Under the pieces are notes generated by a model. That model did no database searches, was not told the DNA's origin, and saw only the letters and a list, made by a program, of their open reading frames with translations. The translations under genes were made by a program, and so were the position numbers. A DNA stretch of 64,000 nt from Felis catus (Eukaryota), in the NCBI RefSeq assembly GCF_018350175.1, contig NC_058368.1, positions 142,168,001 to 142,232,000 on the forward strand, written 5' to 3'. Below, in pieces: positions 51,484-64,000 of this stretch. Position 1 is the first letter of the stretch, and every line of letters starts with the position of its first letter.

Positions 51484-52024
51484 TACAATTGACCCTGGAA
51501 GAACACATGTTTGAATTACATGGGTTCACTTACCTGTGCATTTTCAATAAATATAGTATGCTACCCTAAATGTTTTCTTGTTATAATTTTTGTAATAACG
51601 TTTTCTTTTCTCTAGCTTTAAGAATATATAATGCATATAATGCAGAAAATGTGTATCAGTTGACTATTACTAGTAGGGCTTCTGGGCAACAGTAGGCTTT
51701 TAGTTTGTGGAGTCAAAAGTTACATGCTTGGGGCTCCTAGGTGGCTCAGTCGGTTGAGCGTCCGACTTCAGCCCAGGTCATGATCTCGCGGTCTGTGAGT
51801 TCGAGCCCCGCATCGGGCTCTGTGCTGACAGCTCGGAGCCCGGAGCCTGTTTCAGATTCTGTATCTCCCTCTCTGTCTGACCCTCCCCTCTTCATGCTCT
51901 GTCTCTCTCTGTCTCAAAAATAAACATTTAAAAAAAAAAGTTATATGCTGATTTTCTATTGCCCTGGTGGCGGGGAGAGGGGGGCAGCCCCCCTAACTCC
52001 CAGTGGTGTTCACAGTCAACTCTA
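51484..52024. mobile_element. Tigger2-type (TcMar) non-autonomous element inserted in an old L1, with a SINE at 51729-51940
   Basis: TA-CAATTGACCCTGGAAGAACAC... and ...GTGTTCACAGTCAACTC-TA form degenerate terminal inverted repeats with TA flanks. Confidence 0.7.
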
Positions 52025-54475
52025 TGTGATTTATAAATACTTTCTCCTTTTTGTCAGTTGTCTTTTTACTTTCTTGTTAATGTCCTTCAAAGCACAAAAG
52101 TTAATAAATTTTTATTAAGTCCAAATTATCTTTATTTTGTATCTTTTGTTTTGATATTATATCTAAGAATCCTTTGCCAAATCAGAGGTAATGAAGCTTT
52201 GTCTGTATGTTTTCTTCTAAGGTGTTTCTAGTTTTAGCTCTTACATTTAGGTTTGTGATTCATTTTGAGTTAATTTTTGTATATAGTGTGAGGTAAGATC
52301 GAACTCAGTTCTTTTGAATGTGGATATCCACTTGTTCCAATACCATTTGTTGAACAGACTGTTCTTTTCCCATGGAATGATCTTGGCACCCTCTTCAAAA
52401 ATTTCTGTATTTTTTCTTAATCTTTGTTCTTGTAAAAGAAATATATTTTATCTAAAAAGCCCTTCTCTTTCATGCAAATGGCTCCCAAGCTGAGTATCCC
52501 TAGAGTATGTATATTAGCTTGCCTGGTTTCCATGATTGCCACGGCTAGTGTTGTAATTGCTTATGTCTGTGCTTGCATCAGTACATTTTTATAAAAATGT
52601 AATAATGGGTTTTATACTTGTTTTTAGAATGCAGTTATGAACACATTATCAATATGACTAACCTGATACTTTTCCTTAAAAGAAACTTCCATTTATTTTA
52701 CAGATTATAGGTGAATTACTGAATATATTTTTGCAGATAAGCAAAAATATTAGAATCTCTTTAATAAAGCAATGAATGCATATGATAAAGTGCATTTTGT
52801 TTGAGTACTGGTGAGATCAAACTAGAAAGAAAGAATTTGGCATAGTTACTGATAACTTTGACTTGATAATAGGAGAAGAAATCAGACATTTAAATGCAAG
52901 TGATTTAGTATTAAAAGTTTGTGCTTCACAAACACAGTCAAAATAGTGCATATTGTAGAGACAATGTATACAAAAATACTGGAAGTTTCCACTTTCTCCA
53001 AGTGGCAGAGTTGGATACAAGCTATTGGTAGTTGTTTTACTGATGGGAATCTTCCAGTGGTGGTTAGAATGCTTAGGTGGTGATTTGGAATACTGGAATA
53101 CGTATAGAAAGTGGTGAGATACGTATAGAAAGTGGTGAGAAATGAAAGTGGGAGGAAAAGAGCGTCAGGAATACTGGCCAGTGATGGCCAGGGGATGGTA
53201 TTCTAGCACAGTTTTACCACCATTCGCAATTTTCCTGAAGGTGTTGATGCTTGTTGCAGGTTGATTAAGTCTGTCTTGTGGTTTTATTTATGGCCTAGCA
53301 TGCTTAATTTTTTGGCATTTCAAATAGTCATAAATTTTAGTGAATTGCTTACAAGTTATTGGCATATTGTAAAAATGCAAATTAACGTATTCCCCAAGGT
53401 TAAAAGAAATGTATCACATATTTTTTTTTATCTGATTAAAAAAAATTTTTTAATGGAAATGTTTTTATTTGAGTCTCAGGGGAACTTAATCACCATTTAT
53501 CATGGAATTTATAAGAAAACGTTTTATGAACTATATATATTACAGGCATTTCTGTGCTCCTAGCCTGGTGGTAGGGAGGTTAGAGGAAGGATTAAATGAA
53601 GTTTGCAGAGGTTTGTCTGTAATTGTAGTGAGGAGTAGGTAAAAGGGTGGCTCTGGTATCAGGCTTCTAGGTTTGCTTCTCTCCCTCCTACGTGAGTGAC
53701 CTTAGGCACATTACTGAATTTTTCTGCCATTAGTATTTGTTGTTTTTTTACATTTCTTAAAGGAATTTTTCTTTTGAATCAAGGCAAAGATGGGAAGCTC
53801 TTAAAATAACAGATAAAGGAAATAATGGTGCAAGATTATCTTTGGTTACAACATATGATTATTCTTTATTTTATTCCTAAATTGCCTATATTTTCTCAGA
53901 CTCTAATTTTTATTAACTTTTAAAGTTTTTAGTGTTAACAGAAATAGTAACAAAAACAAAACATACAAATTACTGGTTGTCTTACAAAGCTTAGGGATTT
54001 TAGAAGCTGTTCTAGATCACATCTTGAACTGAGGGTAATAAGGAAAGCGCATTGTATTTTTATGATGTAAGTTTTTTTAAATGTTGGAAGGTTGTGCCCT
54101 TGGTTGTTTAATGTTGACAATCGTTGGAAAGGATATCTGGTATTTAAAAAAAACCACATTAGAGTTTAATAGTTTTTAAATTTTATGATTACTTTTCAGA
54201 CTCATGGGAAACTACCAGGAGATGAATCCTTGATGTCACCATTGGAATTCTGAACATCCCCCCCACCCCCAGCCCTGCCCCTCGCCCCGACCCCAGGAAA
54301 TTGTTGTACGGAATTTCTGGATTTGGTGGTGCTTTGATTTTAAGTACTGACCTGGGGAGTTTAGCCACCAGGTTAACAAGAGTAGGATATTTCACCAGAT
54401 TTTGTTTCACAAGAAAGTGTTCAAAGATACATTTACTCTCAGATAGAAAAACTCCTTTTAAAAGTTGACTGCTTA

Positions 54476-57400
54476 AGGGGTGCCTGGGTGGCTCAGTCAT
54501 TTAAGCGTCTGTCTTCGGTTCAGGTCATGCATGATCTCATGGCTGGTGAGTTCAAGCCCTGCGTGGGACTCTGTGCTTACAGCTCAGAGCTTGGAGCCCT
54601 CTTTGGGTCTCTGTCTCCCTCTTTCTCTCTGCCCCTCCCTGGCTCATGCTCTTTCTCCTTCAAAAATAAACAAACATTAAAAGGTGACTGCTTATAACAT
54701 GAGAAAAAAACTAAGGCCTTCTAGAATTTGTTCATAGGTCTCTGGTTGTCACGTTTAGTGGTAATTGCTCTGGTAATTGCCGTATTTAATGTGTTAAGGG
54801 AGAATGACCGAAAACCCATTAATCTGGGTGGAGAACTGGGTATGATACAACAAACTTCTGCACAAAAATATCTTGACCGTTGAGTGAAAATGGAGGGATA
54901 TTTATGTGGCAAGACTCTGCTGTTTTCTGATCCCTAGAGTATCAATTCAGTGGCTTTTTCATTAGGGGTCCAAGGTGATTGAACTTGCAGGTCAGTTGAC
55001 AGACATATGACCAATTATTTTCCTGTTCTTCATTATTACCCTTTTTCCTTTTGTATCTCTAGGCTTAAGTGTGTTAATGTTGGGGAACATAGCTCTATTA
55101 GCTATCCAGTTTCTCAAATATCAGAAGAACTTTTGGTGATTCAGTATAATAAGAAACTCTGGTGTCATTATGGTCCCTGATAGCTAATATCCCTGCCCCA
55201 TTCCTCCTTCTTTCGTAATGAGTATTTCTCTCCAATGAGTGATGTGGTATTTAGATTTTGAAGACTTAGTTATTTATGGCTGGTTGGCAACATTTCTTCT
55301 AAGAAATACTACATTGGATTATCTTTTTAAAAAACAGCTTTGATGGGGTGCATGGGTAGCTCAGTCATTTAGTGTCTGACTTTGGCTCAGGTCATGATCT
55401 TACAGCTCCTGAGTCTGAGCCCTGCTCTGACAGCCCAGAGCCTAGAGCCTACTTCAAATTCTGTGTCGACTTCCTTCTCTGCCTCCCCTGCTTGTGACAG
55501 ATATGTGTTCTGTCTCAAAAATAAATAAACATTAAAAAAAAAGCTTTGAGACGTACAGTAATTCATAATACTGCACAGTTTACCAACTTAAAGTGTATAA
55601 TATAGTGATTTTTAGTATATTTGCAGTTGTGCAGTCATCACTATCAATTTTAGAAACTTCCCATCACCCCAAAAAGAAACCCTATTAGCTGTCATTCTTC
55701 ATTTAGCACTCATTCCATATTTCCTCCCAACTCCTCTAGCCCTAGGCAGCCACTAATATGCTTTCTGGGCATTTCATACAAGTGGAATCATGCAATACAT
55801 AGTCTTTGATGATTGACACCTTTCACATAGTGTAATGTATTCAAGGTTCGTCCATACTATAGCATGTATCAGGACTTCATGTGGTTGTATTACCAAATAA
55901 CAATTTTAATTCATGGATATACATCTTATTTGTATATCATCTGATAAAAATGTGGGTTATTTCCACTTTTTGGCTCTTGGGAATAGTGCTGCTATGAATA
56001 TTTGTGTACAGATTTTTGTGTGGACACATGCCTTCATTCCCTTGGATATATACCTAGGAGTGGAACTGTTAGGTCATTTATTAACTTCCACAATGGCTGT
56101 ACCATTTTATATTCCCATCAGCAGATCAGTCTTTTTTTTTCCTACCCTTGCCAACACTTACCTGTCTTCTAGTTTGTAGCCATTCTAGTAGATGTGAAGT
56201 GGTATCTCATTAAATCTGCTAAGGTGTGATTGCTTCAGTTGTTGTAATATGCTAAGTACTGATCTGGGTTCATGAAATTAGTTTGGGAGTTGGTTTTAGG
56301 TTTGAGTAAGACTGTCATGACTTGTAACGATAATGAAAACCAGTTTTTAAAAGTCATGATTTATTGAATAATTCCTAGTAATTATTAAGCACTTCTTTCG
56401 ATCTCTTATAAAAGATTTGCTAAATACATGTTTCAGAGTCTAGCTCAGATTTTTAATGGCTTCTTATAGTTCCTTTTCTTTTTTTTTTTTTTTAAATAAT
56501 TGGGACATTTAGAAACTAGTAATTCTCTAGGTAAGTGAAATTCTCAGTATTTATTAAACTCATATGATTATAGTAGCTCTGAGACGTATCAAGTAGGAAA
56601 AAAATATATAACTCTATGAAGGTAGGGCCTCTCCTAGCCTCTAGCTTGGGACTTGTTTAATCAAGTTTCCTAGTCTAGTGTATAATATTGATTGGATTAA
56701 GCAGAGTTCTTGAAGAGTATTTTAATTAAGTTTTGCTGGAGCAATGCCATGTTTAATTCAGTCTTTTTCTTTAGAGGAGTTACTGTTTTAAACATAAATT
56801 TGTATTCTTTATTACATTTTCTTCTAAGAACTCAATCTTTGGGGTCAGATTTGAATTTGAATCCTACCATGTCACTTATTAGCTCTATGACTTTGGGCAA
56901 AAGACATTAAAGATTTGTGAGCTAGTATTCTCAGCAGTGAAAGAGAGGATACAGAAGTTAAGTCATAGGGTTGTTCTGAGAATTATATGACATAATTAAA
57001 GAGTGCACTATTGTGCTAAAATAGATGAATTCTCTTTCTTTCCTTGAATCTGTCTTTGCTTTAGCCTACCTAAGTTTCTCATAGACATGCCTGATAGAAT
57101 TAAAAATGTGCATTTTCTTCTAAATGTTCTTAATATTCAAATTAGTGTGTTCTGCTATATCATGAAAAAAGGCATGAGGTAAGTGAAAAAATGTAGTAAA
57201 AGTCTATTACTATGTTATATGAAAACATTGGATTGGGAAGCTTTCTGATCAGGTCTTTTGTCATCTTTTGCAATTTTGAAAAACAGGAGAAATTTAGCTT
57301 TAGGTCTCAGTTTCTTATTTTCCCTTTGGCTGAAGCAATTGAATTTGCACAAATGGATGAAAGTGAAATTATAAGCCAGTCTTGAATACATTGTTAGGCT

Positions 57401-57588
57401 TCAATCAGACCTGTCTAGTGGAAATAAAAATTGTGCCACATTGTAATTTAAAATTAGCTAGGGGTGCCTGGGTGGCTCATTTGGTTAAGCATCTGACTCT
57501 TGATTTCTGCTCGAGTCATGATCTCTCGGTTCATGGGATTGAGCCCCACGTGGGGTTCTGTGCTGAAATCATGCAGTCTGCTTGGGAT

Positions 57589-57639
<51 letters not shown>

Positions 57640-60600
57640 ATAAATAAACTTTAAAAAATTATCTAGTAGCCATATGGAAAAAACAGATGAAACTAATTTT
57701 AATATTTTATTTTACTCCTTATATACAAAATACCCTTTTAACACCATTACTATAAAAGTTATTAATGACCTATATTTATGTTGTTTTGTGATAAATCTTT
57801 GAAATCAGAAACGTGCTGTGTTTTACACTTCCAGCATATTTCACTTTGGATTAGTAAACATTTCAAGAGCCATGTATACTACTAATCAATAAATGTTTAT
57901 ACTTAAAACTTTCTCTTACACCAGATTTTATTTAAATTTGGTTAATGGCAGTAAACTGTATTTACATCGTTTTAATGGAACCCAAAATGACAGGGAACAC
58001 TGATTCTACCTGTTCTCATTTTAAATCATGGAGATGTGTCAGGTTACCTCAGGTGATGGGGCTTTATTGTAAGAATTTTTGTGGGAGGGAAGGTAGCCCA
58101 ACACAGTCCATCTTTGCAATTGTAATGAAATGGTCTCTGGGAGCTAAAAATGTGTTTCCTCAAATCGTCCCCCTGCCCTTCACCTCTCATCCATTAAGCA
58201 GTAAGTCATTTTCATGTGAAATCAGTATTTATAAAACAGATAAAATTGTGCTGTACTGGTTCAAGTGAAGGTTAGGGGACTGATCTCTGCTAACTTCTTT
58301 GCCCTCTTGTGCTTCTCTCATTCTTCTCTGAGGATCTTCTTGACAGTGAAAACTCCTCTAACACCAAGTCATTCCTCACCAATCAGAATAGCAGTAACAA
58401 CTCTATTGGCCCTCTTTTTGCTTTGGTGACACATTAGCAACCTTGGTAATTGTCTTTCCCCTCATATTTTGTACCCGCTGCTCCCTTTTCTGGTCATCTT
58501 CTTATTAGCTTCTGTTTGTCTTTCTGCCATGACTAGTGTCAGCCTCTTCTGCTTGTAATTACCAATCATAATGTCTCCTCTTCAAGTAGCTCAAGATATA
58601 AGATCTAATTGATTAGCATTATCCAATATAGAGCCACTTCTGTTGGGGTCTACCAGACTTCCTCATGTCCAATTCTAAAAATTGTCACAGAGGCCAATTC
58701 CTCATCCTTTAACACATAGTGAAGATAACAGGGTCACTTGACACAAAGGTTGGGCAAAGAATGTCTGGTTGCTTTCCTCAGAAGGCAGCTGTAGGTGTTT
58801 TTTGGCCTATTCGTTATATATGATTTGCTATGCATTCTTAATATCTCCGTTAATCATAAACAGAAAGCTTGTTTCTTCCTTACTTATTGGTAGTGGTAAT
58901 GATAACAATCTTAGCTATCAGTATTTTCCATGTACAGGAACAGTATTAAACATTTTATATATAGTAGTTCATGAGCTACAGATATGTTTTACTGATGAAG
59001 GAACTGAGTCACATTGAAATATGAATTGCCTTGTTGAAAGTTTATAGCTTTTCATTAGCAGAACTCGGATTTGAATACAGGCAGTCAGCTTTCCAGATGG
59101 TAAAGACTTAAAAATATATAGCCTAACATTTCAGAGCTGTGACTGATCAGGACAATCATCTATCAAAAATTTCCCCTATTTTACAGATAAGAAAATTGGC
59201 AGTTTAGGTGTCTTGCATAAGTTCACAGAGTCTAGTCATTGCCAGGAGTTTCTAAATCCTAGACAAGTACTCTGTTACAGAACAAGTACCTAAGATACGT
59301 GAGATTTTGAACGTTAATCTTGAAACTCAAACCTGTTAAGTGTTAGCAGATATAATAAGTGGATGCATAATATATGGTTATACAGAGTCATCCATGTAGG
59401 CTATTTTCATGTTAGACTATTTAGCTTGAGAATGGTACAAAGAATAAGCAGGATACTGAGGTTGATTCTCAAGAATCTAGCTGAAGGTGAACGTACTTTC
59501 TGCCACATTAGAATCTTCCTGAGAGGTTACGTGTGGAGTGATGGAGAACTGCCCAATTTAATGCATAGTGGATGAAATCATTCGAAATAATGAAGGTACA
59601 CTACCTTAGAGGATTTGGTAAAGAAATCTGAATTAAAGATATAAAAAAGCTAATTATGCTAGTTTTGAAATCTTATTCTCATTGAAAAACATTTTTATAA
59701 TGCATCTTGATTTTTAATGAAATATGGCTATGAAGTTAAATGGTGTGTGGAGGGTTTAGTAGAATAGCCTTGGCTTAACTAAATTTATGTAATTTAATAT
59801 TTATGGATAGTCAGATCCAAATAGGATATTTAAATTCTAAAGAATGTCTACACTTCTTGGAAGTTAATAAAACATAGAAGTGTAGTATATTATTTTAAGT
59901 CAGTAAAAGGAGGCTCTCTCAGATTGTTTTCCTTGTTAGAAATGCAAATTCTCAGACACTATCTGAGACATCAAGGTACATTTAGAATGGGGTTCAGTAA
60001 TCTGGGTTTTAACAAGCCCTCCAGGTGATTCCAGTCTGTACTGAGTTTGACAACCACTGCAGTAGAGGCAACCAAGTTAGCACTTGAAACAGTTTGATTT
60101 TGTTGTGTTGAAAAGAAAGCACATTTTCCTGCCAAAGGTTTGAAGTCATTAATAAACAATGAACTCAACCTGTGTCTTTCTTGATAAAGTTGTGGGTGTG
60201 GTAAATTTTATTTTTAGCATATATTTTCTCTCAGATATACACTAAATGCCCTTCGGGAAGTTTCTTGACCTTTTTCAAAGTCATAGCTTCTTTCTCTGAG
60301 AAATAGAATAGTACCATCCATCAGGGAGGATCATAACAAGGATTGGAAGTAATAAGTGCTAGACACGTAGAGGCTTTAAAAGATTATTCATTATTAAAAC
60401 TTCAGCTCTGTTGTTCTAGTTCAGAAGACTACAACTTCTGTAACACTATCTACATTTATTAAAACTAATTTGAAAGGTTAATTAAGAATTCAGAGGTAAT
60501 AGTTCTTTAGCTTCCTAAATCTTGGCAAATCTGGTACATGTTCTACTGCTTTGTCACCTAATACTTAATGTTAAGGAGAAATTCCAGACCAACTAGAAGT

Positions 60601-62978
60601 GAACTCAGTTAACTTGACACAATGATTTTGTTAAACTGCCAATTAACTCAGCCTGGATTTAATCTCTTCTAGAATCTAGAAGAAAACCAAGTACATTTTC
60701 ATTATTGGAGTTAAAAGTAGAAAATTGGAAGAATGATTTCATTTGTCTCTTTGGAGCTAAGTTATACCTCATGTAGGATTTGTGAATTTTAGGACACTTG
60801 ATAATTGGCCATGTGTATTTAGAAAATGAGAGTTGGGACTCATTGGACTCCTTGTACCTCTAGCATTGAAAGAATGACATTGATGGCATGAATGTTGGCT
60901 AAACAGGATCTATCTTTCTGACTCTATACTTACCCTGTTTTTTTTTTTTTTAATTATGTAATATTTTCCTGGTTCCAAAGTAAAAACTGTAAAACGAAGT
61001 ACATTCAGCAAAGTCTGGCTTCCAAGCCTGTGGTCTCTTATCACTTTTCATCTGCTGATAATCATTCATATTAGTAGCTTTTGGCTTCTTCATCTTACTA
61101 ATAAATTTTATTTACTGGGGCACCTGAGTGGTTCAGTTAGTTGAATGTCTGACTTCAGCTTGGGTCATGATCTCCCAGTTTGTGAGTTCGAGCTCCACAT
61201 TGGGCTGGCTACTGTCCACGCAGAGCCTGCTTTGGATCCTCTGTCTCCCTCTCTCTCTGCCCTTCCCCTGCTTGTACTCTGTTTCTTTCTCAAAAATACA
61301 AATAAGCATTTAAATAAGTAAAATTTTACTTACTTGTTTTTTATGTAAAAAAAAGTTTAAGTTTAATTTACTTAAGTAATCACCCAACATGGCTCTCATA
61401 CTCAATGACACAGAGATGAAGAGTTGCATGCTCTTCCGACTGAGCCAGCCAGGTGCCCTGGTTTTTTCATCTTGCTCAAAATTTAAGTAAACACATACAC
61501 ATTAATTTTTTTCTTGAAATATGAGGTAATATCTTAGTTTTACATGTTAATTTTTTTCTTTCAATAAGAGGCAACATTTTAGTTATATTGTTTTGCACTT
61601 TTTCATTCATTCCATAGCAGCATATAGATTTCCTTGTACCATTATACAGCTGTGTAATACTGAACTGCATAGTACTTTATCATGTCCATGTCCCGTAGTT
61701 GATTCAACTTTATTCTATTGGTAGACATTTAGGTTGCTTCTGGTCTTTTGCTATTACAAATAGTATTTTGCCCTTTGGAATAAATTCCTAGAAGTGAGAT
61801 CATGGGTTAGAGTAAAAATGTAGATGTAATTTTGCTAGCTATTGCCAACTGTCCTTCCATTAGAGGTTGTAACAAATTCTGTACCCATTAATAATATATG
61901 AGAATTCTTATTTTCTTACACCTTTGTCATTAGAGTATGTCAGACTTGTAGATTTTTTCTACTCTGATAGGTGAAAAATGATTAGGTCAGGGTAGTTTTA
62001 ATTAGTATTTTTCTTAGGAGTGAGATAAAATATTTTTACACTTAAATTTTTGAACCAGCTTCATATTTATGCACATTTTTTTTCAGAAAGTGTTTCTTGG
62101 TTATTACTGTTGATTCTATCCCGAAGCATTACTCTTTAAAAATTTTTTAAAATTCATTTTCTTTATTTTGGAGAGGCAGAGAGACAGAGCGTGAGTGGGG
62201 GAGGGGCAGAGAGAGAGGGAGACAGAATCTGAAGCAGACTCCTTCAGATGTCCTTCAGACAACTCAGAAGCTGTCATTACAGAGCCCGATGCAGGGCCTG
62301 AACCCATGAACTGTGAGATCATGATGTGAGCTGAAGTCAGACGCTCAACCGACTGAGCCACCCAGGCGCGCCTTGAAGCATTAGTCTGTAGATTATTTTT
62401 TCTCTTTGGGGGTGGTAATAATACTCAAACAGTATTACCAGGCACATATGATTAAATTAAAAAAACACCTATTTGTGGTTTTTGTATGCAAAGAAGTGAC
62501 AGTCTAATTTGGGAAAAGGGAATTGTATGAAGATCATCATGATTCAGTGAAATAAATGATGATGGAGATGAATACCAAGCTCTGAGAAAGCACTAAGCGT
62601 ATGTTGTACTGACTTGGGTATCAGGGATTTTATTAGTTAGCATGTGAAGTGTTTTTTTGAGTCTTTAAGGAAGAGGAGAATGCTAGGTTGACCCAACCTG
62701 GAAGAGTATTTCAACCACAGGAAGCAATGCCAAGGAAGAGTATGGTGTGGAGAATTCCCAGGTCACCAGGTTTTGTGGGTAGGGATGAGGGGAATGCATC
62801 GTGACTGCATCTGGACCATTAGGATTTGCTAAGTCTCCACTTGTTGACCCTAAACCCGTTTTTTTCAAAAAAATTTTTTTTACTTTTTTAAGTAATCCAT
62901 ACACCCAATGTGGGGCTCATACTCAGAACTCTGAGATCAAAAGTTGCTTGCTGCGCTGACTGAACCAGCCACTCACCC
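54476..62978. mobile_element. Dispersed intronic Can-SINEs (~54476-54682+, 55344-55542+, 57460-57660+, 61117-61315+, 61350-61458-, 62140-62370-, 62870-62978-) plus MIR, MER5A and L1 relics
   Basis: tRNA-derived heads with (CT)n and A tails. MER5A-like TTAGAAATGCAAATTCTCAG at ~59936; a similar copy lies at ~63611, just beyond this span. Confidence 0.8.
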
Positions 62979-64000
62979 TCCTAAACCCTCTTCTGAATTA
63001 AGGTAACCACAGCAGTGCCAAACTGAAAATTTTGATTAAAATATTCATGTTTCTTTTTTCTCACTTTTTTCCCTGAAGCACACACTCTTTTTTGATAATC
63101 TTCCTGCTTCTCACATTTTTGAGTAAACTTGGGAGGACAACCCTGGGAAATAGAGTGATTTCATCCCCTCCTTCCTTTTTTATTGTTGAACAAGCATAGT
63201 TTTTTTATTTTTTGTCTGTGCCATACTTTTAATTTATCCTTACCACTTTTTGCCAAGTTCAAGGCTCCTTATGCAATATCTTGTTTGATTTGGTGGGGAG
63301 TGAAGGACCTGGCAAGAGGAAGTTCCTTCAGAGAGAATAGATGAGTCTGGCTGGAAAGGTAGTTCGGGACTAGGTTAGATGGTCAGAAGTCTTTTATCTC
63401 ATTTTGAGGAATTTATATTTTGTCTTGGTGGAGAGCCTCTAAAGAATCTGAAATGGATTAGGAATAGAGGAGGGGAATGACAAGATCAGCTTTTCCTTTT
63501 TGACAGGTAACTTTGATGACTGTGTTGAGAAAGATGGATTGGAAAAAGTACAGTATAGACAAGAGAGCAGTGGTTCCCCAACCAGCGGCAAGTAGCATCA
63601 TCTGGGAACTTGTTAGAAATACAGATTCTCAGGCCCCTTCTCAGAACTCTAGAGGTCGGTTGCAGCAATCTGTTTTGATTCTGATGCATGCCAAAGTTTG
63701 GAATTAGGGATGTAAAGGCCAATGAGGCTGTATTACAGTTTGCAAATGCCTTTCACATTAATTATGCAGTTGGTTTTTGTTGAGATGTTTATTATGTTTG
63801 TGTCTTAAATTCACAAGAGAAGTAGATTAACCAATATTTTGGGACTTATTTGGAAGCCTAACATGAAAAGATTTGAAAAGTTGGGATAGTGTGGTGATGT
63901 ATTTGGAAAAGGAGAAACAGGATAAAGTAAACTATAGTCAAGTGAAAATATTGGAGCAGAATAAAACATGTAAATGGTGCTTAATCTTGAATGCTATAGA

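Larger units (their letters stand above)
41210..64000 (+). other. SCAMP1: SCAMP1 intron 1 (continues beyond the window)
   Basis: Begins with GTGAGC. I found no sequence encoding the expected next peptide (DPSVTQVTRNVPPG...) downstream; the region is repeat-rich and non-coding. Confidence 0.8.

Noticed and set aside
2146..62361. Recurrent ORFs such as MAQSVERPTSAQV... and ...ERERERE...
   Set aside because: These are translations of Can-SINE bodies and (CT)n/(GA)n tracts, not genes.
1..64000. tRNA genes, CRISPR arrays or other prokaryotic-type systems
   Set aside because: tRNA-like A/B boxes all belong to SINE heads. No regularly spaced repeat-spacer array or operon-like ORF organisation is present; the DNA is mammalian.

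Overview
Mammalian, almost certainly felid (cat-family), genomic DNA: AT-rich and dense in tRNA-derived Can-SINEs (many are near-intact feline SINEC_Fc-type copies), L1 fragments, MaLR/ERVL LTRs and MER DNA-transposon relics. The one confidently identified functional gene element is the CpG-island promoter and first coding exon of SCAMP1 (+ strand, ATG 41153, MSDFDSNPFADPDLNNPFK, donor GT at 41210). The rest of the window (41210-64000) is intron 1; I did not find exon 2. Upstream lies a full-length, degenerate RPS4(X)-type processed pseudogene (minus strand, ~36251-37106). The most interesting unexplained signal is three repeat-poor, + strand blocks (~19374-20377, ~25398-26413, ~26791-27650). 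They have splice-like ends and long, stop-poor, protein-like reading frames and may be exons of a decayed (unitary pseudo)gene that I cannot name. Also notable: a ~140-bp inverted copy of local unique sequence inside a SINE, a 5'-inverted (twin-primed) L1 with a fold-back hairpin at its tail, a serial retro-insertion site, and a palindromic compound microsatellite. All calls come from manual reading; repeat subfamily names and boundaries are approximate.
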